NCBI GenBank assembly: GCA_963849775.1
Contig: CAWKIX010000048.1
Span: 5,879-69,878 of the forward strand
DNA: 64,000 nt
Direction of reading: 5' to 3'
Origin: an uncultured Prolixibacteraceae bacterium
GTDB lineage: Bacteria > Bacteroidota > Bacteroidia > Bacteroidales > Prolixibacteraceae
Shown here: positions 51,778 through 61,411 of the stretch, piece by piece
Layout: each line of letters opens with the position of its first letter
Position numbering within the stretch: the stretch's first letter is position 1
Notes under the pieces: model-generated
The model's input: only the letters and a program-made list of their open reading frames with translations
What the model was told of the DNA's origin: nothing
The model's database searches: none
Translations under genes and position numbers: made by a program

Positions 51778-54729
51778 ATGTTAGTCAATTGTCATTCATG
51801 GTTTAGTTTACGGTACGGCGCCATAAAACCGGAAAAATTATTGGAAGAATTATCAGTCAGAGGATATTCGAGTTTTGCATTAACCGATATTAACAATACT
51901 TCGGCAAGTATCGATTTTGTTCGATTGGCCGGAAAATACAATGTCAGACCAATTTTGGGGATTGATTTCAGAAATGGAATAGAACAGAAGTATGTTGCAC
52001 TGGCAAAAAACAATGAAGGTTTCCGTACCTTAAATGAACATCTTACAGCACATCTTCAGGATAAAAAAGAATTTGAAAACCAGGCTCCGGAAATGGAAAA
52101 TACATTTATTATATATCCGTTTAAAAGCAGGAAAATGGGGCAGTTAAAAGAGAATGAATTTATTGGAATCAAATCGCTGGAACTGATAAAACTTCCTTTT
52201 TCTGAATGGCGAAACCATTTGAATAAGCTGGTAATTCTTCAACCGATGACTTTCAGAAATAAGCGTGATTATAATATTCACCGGTTGCTGCGAGCCATCG
52301 AAAATAATACGCTTTTAAGCCGGTTGCCGCTTTCGGAACAAACTTCGCCCGATGAAATGCTGATTGAAAAAGATGAACTATTAAAGGCTTTTCAGGAATA
52401 TCCTGAAATTATTGAAAACACCACGAAAATTACTGGCAGCATGTTCCATTGAGTTTGAATTCAAAAAAAATAAAAACAAAAAATTTTTTACCAACTCACA
52501 TGAAGAGGATATCCGGCTTTTGCGTTCAGAATGTAAAAAAGGATTGAAATACCGGTTTGGAAAGCCATCGCAAGCAGGTGATTGAGCGGATGGAAAAAGA
52601 ACTGAAATTGATTGATGATTTTGGGTACAGCTCGTATTTTCTGATTAACTGGGATATTGTGCGGTATGCCCGAAGTAAAAATTATTATTACGTGGGGCGG
52701 GGAAGTGGCGCCAATAGTATGGTTGCCTATTTACTGCAAATTACAAATGTCGATCCCATTGAGCTCGACCTCTATTTTGAGCGGTTTATTAATCCGTCGC
52801 GAACCAATCCGCCCGATTTTGATATTGATTTTTCGTGGACTGACCGTGATGATATTACCGATTATATTTTTGAAAAATACGGATGGAAAAACACAGCATT
52901 TCTTGGATCTTATATCACTTTTGAACGAAAATCGGCTTTACGTGAAATTGGAAAAGTTTTCGGACTGCCTGCCGATGAAATTACCCGGTTGCAGAAAAAT
53001 CCTGTTCCCCAGGAAAACGATCAGTATGGGAAATGGGTAATCCAGTACAGCAAACTTATTGCCGGAATGCCCAGTCATTTAAGTATCCATGCCAGCGGAA
53101 TCCTGATTTCAGAAAAACCAATAAGTTATTACACAGCCACTCATATTTTGCCCAAAGGATATCCAACCACTCATTTTGATATGCAAATAGCAGCAGATGT
53201 GGGGCTTTACAAGTTTGATATTTTGAGTCAGCGTGGTTTGGGGAAAATAAAAGATGCACTCGAAATCATAAAAAAGAACCGGAATAAAGACATCGACATC
53301 AATAATATTAACCGCTTTAAAAACGACCCGAAAGTAAAATATCTGCTAAAAGCCGGAAAAGCCATTGCCTGTTTTTATGTGGAGTCGCCGGGTATGCGAA
53401 TGCTGCTGACCAAATTAAAAACAGATGATTACATAGGGTTGGTGGCCGCCAGTTCCATCATTCGCCCGGGTGTGGCGCAAAGCGGGATGATGCGCGAGTA
53501 TATTCTCCGGTTTCAGGATGAAAAACGCCGCGAAAAGGCACAGAAAGAATTGCCTGAATTGTATGAAATACTGAAAGAAACTTACGGTGTAATGGTGTAC
53601 CAGGAAGATGTAATAAAAGTGGCTCATTATTTTGCAGGATTAACGCTTGCCGAAGCCGATGTTTTGCGGCGAGGGATGTCGTGGAAATTCAGGGAACGAA
53701 ACGAATTCTGGAAAATAAAGGATACGTTTTTTTACAACTGCCGAGAAAAAGGGTATGCCGAAAAAACAATTTCCGATATTTGGACACAGATTGAAAGTTT
53801 TGCCAATTACGCTTTTTCGAAAGGGCACTCGGCAAGTTATGCAGTTGAGAGTTTTCAGGCACTTGTATTTAAAAGCTTATTATCCACGCGAATATATGGT
53901 GGCTACATTAAATAACGGCGGCGGATTTTATTCTTCAGAACTCTATTTTCATGAGGCAAAACTGCACGGGGCAAAAGTTGAAATGCCCTGTATAAATACC
54001 AGCGAATGGCTCAATACAATTTATTCTGAAATCATTTTTATTGGTTTTTATATTTTGCACGAACTCGAACACGAAGTAGTTGAACGATTTTTAAAGGAAC
54101 GTTTCAAAAATGGAAGCTTTAAAAGTTTAGCTGATTTTGTAAACCGCGTGAAAATTTCGCTGGAACAGTTGATTATTCTTATCCGGGCAGGAGCTTTTCG
54201 GTTTACCGGAAAAACCAAAAAGGAGTTGCTTTGGGATGCGCATTATCTACTGGGGCATTCAAAAAAAACAACATCAGAACGCACACTTTTTAATACCAAT
54301 CCAAAAGAATTTAAATTGCCGGAACTCTGGAAACATGAACTGGAAGATACTTTTGATGAAATTGAATTGCTTGGTTTTCCGGTGCATTCGCCAATTAATT
54401 TGCTCGAAGAACCGGTTCAGTCGAATGTGAAGGCGGCAGGAACTTGCCAAAGTTGGTTGGAAAAACGATTGAAATTACCGGTTATTTTGTCCATCGAAAA
54501 CCAACTGCCACAAAAAATGGTGACCGTATGTATTTTGGCACCTGGCTCGATTTGGACGGACAGTGGCTGGATACCGTTCATTTTCCAAATGCAAAGCAGA
54601 AAAAATCCGTTTACCGGCCCCGGATATTACCACATTAAAGGAAAAGTGGTAGAAGAATACGGTTTTTACAGTATTGAAACCCAATGGATGCAGCGATTGA
54701 AATACAGGAATTTGGATAGTTTGAATTGA
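51778..54729 (+). CDS. dnaE: DNA polymerase III alpha-like (error-prone DnaE2-type), split by about five indels
   Basis: PHP HSWFSLRYG, ALTDINN; GRGSGANS, LYFERF, PDFDIDF, SIHASG, KFDILSQRGL, ETYGVMVYQE, FANYAFSKGH; frame breaks near 52428, 52570, 53862, 54440 and 54592. Confidence 0.9.
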
Positions 54730-54812
54730 TATTTAATAGTAAGCCTTACATCCCAAACCAATTCTACTTTATTAATGTTTAATCAAATTATTTCCAAGGA
54801 ATCAATTTGGAA

Positions 54813-54917
54813 AAACAAAGGGCGGATAAAATGGACGCTTTTTGAAAATAATTGATGATGTACAAACCCCTGAACATAAAACCAATCACATATTTAATTT
54901 TATCGCGCCCTTTGTTT
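54813..54917. repeat. 20-bp inverted repeat enclosing 64 nt
   Basis: AAACAAAGGGCGGATAAAAT (54813-32) vs ATTTTATCGCGCCCTTTGTTT (54897-917), one bulged base. Confidence 0.65.
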
Positions 54918-55092
54918 GTAGTGAAAATAGTATATCAAATATTACACCATTTTTATATTTAATTGTAATTCATTTGTTTAATTGTAAAACACACATAATT
55001 GAATTATCATTTTGATAATTTTTTCTCACATTTTAATAGAATAATACAAATTGTTATTTATCAAATCAATTTAAATTTTTACAAAAAATAAA

Positions 55093-55329
55093 TCCCATTC
55101 GCGTTGTAGATATGAATTTTTCGGGACGACCTTTTCGTCTCAAACGGAGTACATCAATTGTGGCGTAGCTATATCCTGGAAAGAAATTTCCCAGAATAAT
55201 ATAAATGAATGAAACCCGGATCGCCGGGATAAAAACTTTAAAGGAGCAGCTGCAAAAGGACATGTAATTTGTGGTCTGCCAGCAAAATAGCCCTTAGCTT
55301 AGAGTTGCGAAACAAAATTGCTAAGAGCT
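55093..55329 (+). ncRNA. Candidate IS110 bridge RNA in the left non-coding end
   Basis: ~240-nt non-coding leader with hairpins GACGA-CCTTT-TCGTC, CTGGAAA-GAAA-TTTCCCAG, CCCGG-ATCG-CCGGG and a TAGC..TTAG/CTAAG..GCTA stem at the ATG; transcription not shown. Confidence 0.45.
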
Positions 55330-55856
55330 ATGAGAGAAAAAGAAGTTATAGAATTTGAACAAGTCGTTGAACGCGGCAGTGCGATGGATGTACATAAAGA
55401 CATAATAGTGGCAACCATCCAAGGCAAAGGTATAAAAACACAGACAAAAAGTTTTAAGACTTTTACGAGTTCTTTGATAAAATTGAGAGAGTGGTTATTG
55501 AAAAACAAAGTTACCCATGTTGCAATGGAAAGCACAGGCGTTTACTGGAAGCCAGTTTTTAATGTATTGGGAGACGATTTTACGATTCTGTTGGTTAATG
55601 CCAGGCATGTTAAAAATGTACCAGGTCATAAAACTGACAAAAAGGACAGCCGTTGGTTAGCAAAATTACTTTTAAGTGGTTTGCTAAAAGGTAGTTTTAT
55701 TCCAGAACGCAGTATCAGGGAACTGCGAGATTTTGTAAGCTTCCCCTTTTTAGGACAATCTAAAAATAGATTTTTTTCTTTTTCATAACCAAATTCTAAA
55801 AGCTTTTTTAATGTGATTGCTTGGTTCTGTCAAGGGCGACTGAGGAACGAAGTCGT

Positions 55857-56729
55857 TTATATACCCTTGACAGGTTCATGAATCACATTTTCTTTGCTTT
55901 TTAGTTTTTGGTTATTTATAATTTTTGCATATCCAATCGGAGTCATACCTCTTAAAGAATCATGCGGCCTTTTGTTGTTGTAGTCCAACAACCACTTATC
56001 TGTTTCTTCTCTGGCTTCATCCAGTGAATGGAACAAATAGGCATCCAATACTGCTCTTCTGTACGTTCCATTCAGGCGTTCAACAAAAGCGTTCTGTGTT
56101 GGCTTTCCCGGTTGTATGTGCAAAAGTTCTATTCCCTTTACCTGGCTCCATTCTTTCAATAAATCAGCAATAAATTCCGGACCATTATCCATTCTTATTT
56201 GTTTTGGTTTTCCTCGTCGCTTTATCAAATGGTTTAAAATATACACTACCTTGTTACTTCTAATGGAGTGATCCAATTCAACATGAAGAGCTTCCCTGTT
56301 GAAGTCATCCATAATATTAAAACTCTTTATCTTTCGTCCGTTTTCAAGGGCATCGTGCATAAAATCAATCGACCAGCAATGATTTATGCTTTCCGGAACA
56401 ACCAAAGGAACCTTTACCCGGGCAGGTAGCCGTTTCTTTACCTTTCTGCGAATGTTCAGCTTCATCAGGCAATATACGCGATATACTCGTTTATGATTCC
56501 AATCATACCCTTCCAGACGTAATCGGCCATAAGCTTTCCAAAACCCTTCCGTTGGGTGATCTTTTGCTTTTTGGCTAAGTGCATCAATAATTTCTGTATC
56601 ATCTTTAATTGTTTGATAATAATAAACAGACCGACTGATATTTAAAACCCTGCACGCCCTGCGGATGCCAACAGAAGATTCGGTACAAACTTCTTGTGCG
56701 ATTTCTCGCTTTTCACAAGGCTTTAGAGC
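55857..56729 (-). CDS. IS3 transposase OrfB (DDE integrase core), expressed by frameshift from OrfA
   Basis: Open frame from [12 protein letters not shown] via [16 protein letters not shown] to [40 protein letters not shown]. Confidence 0.92.
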   Translation of the reverse strand, partial: ALKPCEKREIAQEVCTESSVGIRRACRVLNISRSVYYYQTIKDDTEIIDALSQKAKDHPTEGFWKAYGRLRLEGYDWNHKRVYRVYCLMKLNIRRKVKKRLPARVKVPLVVPESINHCWSIDFMHDALENGRKIKSFNIMDDFNREALHVELDHSIRSNKVVYILNHLIKRRGKPKQIRMDNGPEFIADLLKEWSQVKGIELLHIQPGKPTQNAFVERLNGTYRRAVLDAYLFHSLDEAREETDKWLLDYNNKRPHDSLRGMTPIGYAKIINNQKLKSKENVIHEPVKGI

Positions 56730-56988
56730 TTTTTTCTATAATCTCTTTGGCAAGTTTTAAATCAAGTGCTTGTTCTGCATACATCATTTTTAGCTTGCGG
56801 TTTTCTTCTTCAAGCTGTTTGAGCCTTTTCAGTTCTGAAGCTTCCATGCCGCCATAACGTTGTCGCCATTTATAAAAAGAGGCCCTGCTAACGCCGCGAT
56901 CACGGACGATTTCTTCTACGCTTTTGCCGTTCTCATACTCCTTCAAAATCAAGGAGATTTGCTGTGGTGTGAATCTTTTCTTTTTCAT
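56713..56988 (-). CDS. IS3 transposase OrfA (HTH)
   Basis: MKKKRFT..QI..IL.E, GVS..SFYKWR.RYGGM..SELKRLK.LEEEN.KLK. Confidence 0.92.
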   Translation of the reverse strand: MKKKRFTPQQISLILKEYENGKSVEEIVRDRGVSRASFYKWRQRYGGMEASELKRLKQLEEENRKLKMMYAEQALDLKLAKEIIEKSSKAL

Positions 56989-58119
56989 TTTAACAGTTTA
57001 AAATTATTACTTTTTGTATACTTTTAAACTGTCCGGTTTTCGGGGAAGCTTACAATTTGACCCGTTATAAAACAAAGCTTATCAATCAAATCTCTGCAGA
57101 GAGGAACCGTTTTCAAAAGATACTTGAAGATGCAAATATTAAACTTTCAAGTGTATTAAACGATGTATTTGGAGCTACAGGCACAAAAATTATCAACCAT
57201 ATCCTGGCCAGCGAAAGTTACCGTCCAGAACAACTTCTACATTATGTCCATGGCAGGGTAAAAGCCAGCCGGGAAGATATCAAAGAAGCTTTAACTGGTT
57301 ACATTACACCCCACCACAAGTTCATGTTAAAAACCATAATGGGAAACATTGCCAAGGTTGAAAGTACAGTTTCGGAAGTTGAAGCCCAGATAGAAAATTG
57401 CATCGAACCCTATAAAATTGAACGGGAACTTTTAGAAAGTATTCCCGGGGTTGGGAAAGATGGGGCAACCAAAATAATTGCAGAAGTTGGTGTTGACATG
57501 GGGCAATTCCCTGACCAAAACCATTTGGCATCCTGGGCTGGGGTTTGTCCCGGGAGCAACGAATCAGCCGGAAAGAACAAAAGTGGACGCATCACCTACG
57601 GGAACAAATATTTGCGCAGTCTTTTGGTCGAATGTGGCTGGGCTGCATCCGGACAAAGAATACTTACCTTAGTGCAAAGTACAAAAGCCTTGCAGGACGA
57701 AGAGGAAAGAAAAAAGCAATAATAGCATTGGGACACAAAATATTAATAGCCACCTATTTTATCATAAAAGATAAAGTTGCTTTTAATGAGCTCGGGCCAG
57801 ACCATCTAAATAATTTTAGAAGAGACCGCTTAATAGCCTATTACAAGCAACAATTAGAAAAATTAACAGCAGCATAAGCTGCAAAAAATATAAGGTCGAT
57901 TTTTACTGTACGCTATAACAACGCGGATGAAACTGACCTAATCAGTTAAGGACAAAAGAGTATTGCCAAGAGCATGAGAATGAAAATTTGAAACATCCTA
58001 ACTGATTTTATACAATACTGATATTTAGAATAATAAATTAAATAATGAAAAGACAGATAACTTTTAAAATACCAATACATAAAAACTTTAAATATCAGGT
58101 TGTGTTCTAACTTTTACGC

Positions 58120-59058
58120 TTAACGGTATCTTGAAAGGATATTCATATTTTTCCAAATGTTTTTCCATTTACGTGAAAAATAGTTTTTAAATGGGGTTCT
58201 GTCATATAATAACGAAGCAATAAAGAATTTGATTCCATATAAAAGATACCCTTGTTTGGCCAGATTAAGACTTGCTCCAAATGCAATGTTTGATATGTTT
58301 TTAGCTGCAACAATATGGTATTTTCCACCAAAATCCGATTTTATGATTTTATAATCATTAAACCATCTGATAAACTTCTTAGGACTTTCATCTCTTGATA
58401 TTCCACCCTTATGAACCCGATATGCCGACATACATTCCTGAAAGCAATGTGCTTTCCCGTTGTCTAATAAGGTTAGAAACATGGGAGTGTCTCCATAGTA
58501 ATATCCGTTTTTTGTTCCCCTGTCTTTTATTTGATCTACAAATTCAGAGCGAAACAACACAGATGCTGTTGGGACTGACCACTTCTTCAGGATGTCTTCA
58601 CCGCTGAAGTCCTTCTCTTCCAGATGATTGAACACAATCGATTCAAGCTCGCTGCCGTTTTCATCTACAATTTTACACCGGTGAAAACACATTGAATAAT
58701 CCTTATTCATTTCAAGAAAATCAACCTGCTTTTGTAATTTAAGTGGATCGGTCCAGAAGTCATCACCTTCACAAAGAGCTATATATTTCCCTCTTGCCTT
58801 TGGAAACAACATTTGTGAGAAAGGTTTTATTCCTTTTGAAAATTGATTTTCAGATTGATAGGTAATATTAAATAATCCTGGGTATCGTTTTTCGTAATTC
58901 TTTAATATCTCAGATGTTTTATCTTCAGAACAATCATCATTAATTAAAATCTCGACAGCAAATTCCGTTTTTTGCATTAAAAATCCATCCAACGCACAAG
59001 CAATAAATTTCTCATGATTAAAGGTTGAACAACAAATACTTACAAAAATATTGTTCAT
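58120..59058 (-). CDS. Glycosyltransferase family 2
   Basis: VSICC.TFNHE.FI, INDDCS.D, GKYIALCEGDDFWTDP.KLQKQV, MSAYRVH.GG. Confidence 0.93.
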   Translation of the reverse strand: MNNIFVSICCSTFNHEKFIACALDGFLMQKTEFAVEILINDDCSEDKTSEILKNYEKRYPGLFNITYQSENQFSKGIKPFSQMLFPKARGKYIALCEGDDFWTDPLKLQKQVDFLEMNKDYSMCFHRCKIVDENGSELESIVFNHLEEKDFSGEDILKKWSVPTASVLFRSEFVDQIKDRGTKNGYYYGDTPMFLTLLDNGKAHCFQECMSAYRVHKGGISRDESPKKFIRWFNDYKIIKSDFGGKYHIVAAKNISNIAFGASLNLAKQGYLLYGIKFFIASLLYDRTPFKNYFSRKWKNIWKNMNILSRYR

Positions 59059-59103
59059 AAAAGAGCTAAATTGGTTGAGACTAAAATATTAATTTAATTT
59101 AAT

Positions 59104-59970
59104 CTAATCTAATTCATTTCTACCATATTTCCCATTTCCGGGATTCAGGTTTAAATTTTTACGTAATTCAGCAGGTGTCATAATTTCACGTTCATTTGCA
59201 TTAGCTAGTACATGGATTCGTTTTAAAAAATCACTGTTTTTTGCAAGTTTTTTTCTGTGTTTGTCAAAAAAGATATTGTCTTCCAGACCAATTCTCACTC
59301 CTCCACCTGCTGCAATTGCCACCGAGTTCATCATAAGTTGGGTATCTCCGATTCCGGCAAGGCTCCAGTATGTATTTTCGGGCAAATCGCGAATCATTAA
59401 ACCTGCATGAAGAAGATCAGCCTGTGCACAAGCAATGTTTCCCAATAAAAGATTAAAATAGTGAGGTGCCTTTAAAAGTCCTTTTTTTTCCAGGTATTTT
59501 GCATAGTTAATCATTCCTGCATCGAAAGCCTCCAATTCAGGTAGAATTCCTTTATTTTTCATTTCCATGGCGAGCTTTTGTATCATTTCAGGCGAATTTA
59601 CACTTTCAGTTTTATTAAAATTCAGGGAACTCAAAGTAAGACTACCCATGTCAGGTTTAATATCACCATCGAGTTGTAAAGGCGATGCCCTGTGCTCGAA
59701 TTCTTTTATTCCCCGGCCACTAAGGGATACACAAATAATAAGTTCCTTTGAATGCTTCCTGACGCCTTCAATTATTTTTCCGTATATCTCACTTTTATAC
59801 GTAGGTTTTCCGGTAATTTCATCTCTGGCATGGAGATGTACCATAGTAATTCCAATTTCAATAGCTTCGTGAACATCTTCAACAATTTCGTTTACAGAAA
59901 CTGGAACATGAGGTGTCATTTCCTTTGTTGGAATCATTCCGGTGGGGGTGAAGTTGACAATTAAATTCAT
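59104..59970 (-). CDS. Beta-keto acid cleavage enzyme (BKACE/DUF849, Kce-like)
   Basis: PTG..PTK..PHVP, HLHARD, PDMGSL, PELEAFD.G, GGGVRIGLEDN. Confidence 0.9.
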   Translation of the reverse strand: MNLIVNFTPTGMIPTKEMTPHVPVSVNEIVEDVHEAIEIGITMVHLHARDEITGKPTYKSEIYGKIIEGVRKHSKELIICVSLSGRGIKEFEHRASPLQLDGDIKPDMGSLTLSSLNFNKTESVNSPEMIQKLAMEMKNKGILPELEAFDAGMINYAKYLEKKGLLKAPHYFNLLLGNIACAQADLLHAGLMIRDLPENTYWSLAGIGDTQLMMNSVAIAAGGGVRIGLEDNIFFDKHRKKLAKNSDFLKRIHVLANANEREIMTPAELRKNLNLNPGNGKYGRNELD

Positions 59971-59979
59971 GGTATTATT

Positions 59980-60639
59980 TTATATTAAATTTTTAACTAC
60001 CTGACAAGGATTTCCAAATGCCAATACGTTGGAGGGAATATCTTTGGTAACTACGCTTCCTCCCCCAATAATAGTATTGGCGCCTATTTTAACTTTACTG
60101 AATACTGTACATCCTGGACCAATAACGGTGCCTACTCCAATCTCTGCAAATCCGGCAATATTGGAACCTGTGTAAACTGAACAATAATCGTTTATAATAT
60201 TATGATGACCTATAGAACAATTTCGGCTAATGTTTACTCCAAAACCTATTTTTGTATATGGGGCAATTACTGATAATGGTTCCATTTGCAATCCCGGACT
60301 TTTTAATACTGAGGAGGACACTACGGCTGATGGATGCACAAGGGCAAAGAAATCATTTTTGTTTATTTTCCATAGTTTTTCGTAAAAATCGAACAAAAAC
60401 TTTTTGGTTGTAGGTTTATTGCTGCAAAATGTAAGACTTTTGGTTTTGCTTAATGTGGCATTCTCATAGAAAATTTCGGTGAATGGCAAGTTGGTTTCGA
60501 ATGGTGCAACAGCTCGTTTCTCTTTTTCATTAACTACAATAGTTACATTTCCACGAAAGTTTAAGGCTGAAAGACTCTCAAAAATCAAAGCGAGATAAGC
60601 TCCACTATATCCCAGAATTGTAATGTCGTTTAGTTCCAT
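59980..60639 (-). CDS. Hexapeptide-repeat sugar acyltransferase (PglD/NeuD-like)
   Basis: LVHPSAVV, IGHH, LbH repeats, IGGGSVVTKDIP..FGNPC. Confidence 0.88.
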   Translation of the reverse strand: MELNDITILGYSGAYLALIFESLSALNFRGNVTIVVNEKEKRAVAPFETNLPFTEIFYENATLSKTKSLTFCSNKPTTKKFLFDFYEKLWKINKNDFFALVHPSAVVSSSVLKSPGLQMEPLSVIAPYTKIGFGVNISRNCSIGHHNIINDYCSVYTGSNIAGFAEIGVGTVIGPGCTVFSKVKIGANTIIGGGSVVTKDIPSNVLAFGNPCQVVKNLI

Positions 60640-60672
60640 CTTTTTTCAAGCTGAAGTTTAAATGAATTTGTG

Positions 60673-61395
60673 CTATTTGTTATTTGCCCATTTTATGGAA
60701 TAATCTTTCAATAATTTACGCGTTTTTGTAAAACCGTTAAACATTAAAACATCAATTATTGACAGGCCAGGAATAAAATTTTCATTATTTTGAGAATAAC
60801 GGGTAAGCTTATGTTTAATAAAACCTAATTTTATACCTGCTTCACTATAATCTTTTTCGATGTATAACGATTCTCCCCCTGGTGCATTTATATATATATC
60901 GGCTCCTAATGCTTTACAAAAATTCAATCCCCATAGATTCCCTCTATCCGCCTTTTCCACCTGCTGTGTTAATTCTGAATATCTATGTATAACGGTGTCA
61001 ATATTTAATTTGTTCGCGATAGCTATTGTACTATTTACATTAAAATCTGCCAAATTAGTTTCTTTTTCATATAATATTTCAGAAACAAATGACATCGTTT
61101 CGGTGTAAAACTTCGCTTTCTTTTTATAGTGTTCCAACTGTGACCATATTTTATTTTTCCAGGCTAAACCTTCTGCTAATTTACATTCCAAGAGCATAGC
61201 TTTATGTGGCAGGTATTGTATTCCTGCATTAAAATACTGCCAGTTATAATCAGGTTTTAATATACGGTTTCTTATCATCCAGCTTTTTCTCATAAACTGA
61301 GAAATGTCAAAAAATACAAATTTATCGACTGCTGAGATCAGACTAAAGTATCCAATATACGGAAAAAAATACGGTTGATGTGAGGCAAGTTTCAT
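60673..61395 (-). CDS. WbqC-family protein
   Basis: MKLASHQPYFFPYIGYFSLI..VD.FV.FD..Q...W..RNRI, Y.KA, YINAPGG..LY, Y.Q....F.P.LSIIDVLM; true start ATG 61395. Confidence 0.9.
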   Translation of the reverse strand: MKLASHQPYFFPYIGYFSLISAVDKFVFFDISQFMRKSWMIRNRILKPDYNWQYFNAGIQYLPHKAMLLECKLAEGLAWKNKIWSQLEHYKKKAKFYTETMSFVSEILYEKETNLADFNVNSTIAIANKLNIDTVIHRYSELTQQVEKADRGNLWGLNFCKALGADIYINAPGGESLYIEKDYSEAGIKLGFIKHKLTRYSQNNENFIPGLSIIDVLMFNGFTKTRKLLKDYSIKWANNK

Positions 61396-61411
61396 TGTTA
61401 AAATATGATTT

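Larger units (their letters stand above)
55734..57054 (-). mobile_element. IS3-family element (IS407-like), 1321 bp, 4-bp target duplication ATTT
   Basis: Terminal IRs TGTAAGCTTCCCC...GGACA at 55734 and its complement ending at 57054; ATTT at 55730-33 and 57055-58. Confidence 0.95.
55330..57877 (+). pseudogene. IS110-family transposase/recombinase, disrupted by IS3 (also an indel near 57650)
   Basis: MDVHK, VAMESTGVYWKP, KTDKKD (DEDD); removing IS3 and one ATTT restores ELRDLTRY; C-terminal SIPGVG, LASWAGVCP..ESAGK, GNKYLR, KKAIIALGHK. Confidence 0.9.
55093..57932 (+). mobile_element. IS110-family insertion sequence interrupted by IS3; ends approximate
   Basis: DEDD transposase halves on both sides of IS3; 11/12-bp subterminal inverted repeats CATTCGCGTTGT (55096-107) / ACAACGCGGATG (57918-29); AAA at both proposed junctions. 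Confidence 0.75.

Noticed and set aside
57911-57940. Integron attC-like half site (CTATAAC...)
   Set aside because: No matching downstream half site, cassette array or integrase is visible; it is better explained as the IS110 subterminal repeat.
55037-58035. TAGAATAATA direct repeat (55037-46 and 58026-35) as IS110 boundaries
   Set aside because: A 10-bp AT-rich match is expected by chance in these flanks, IS110 elements do not normally make such duplications, and the GC-containing subterminal IRs are better boundary evidence.
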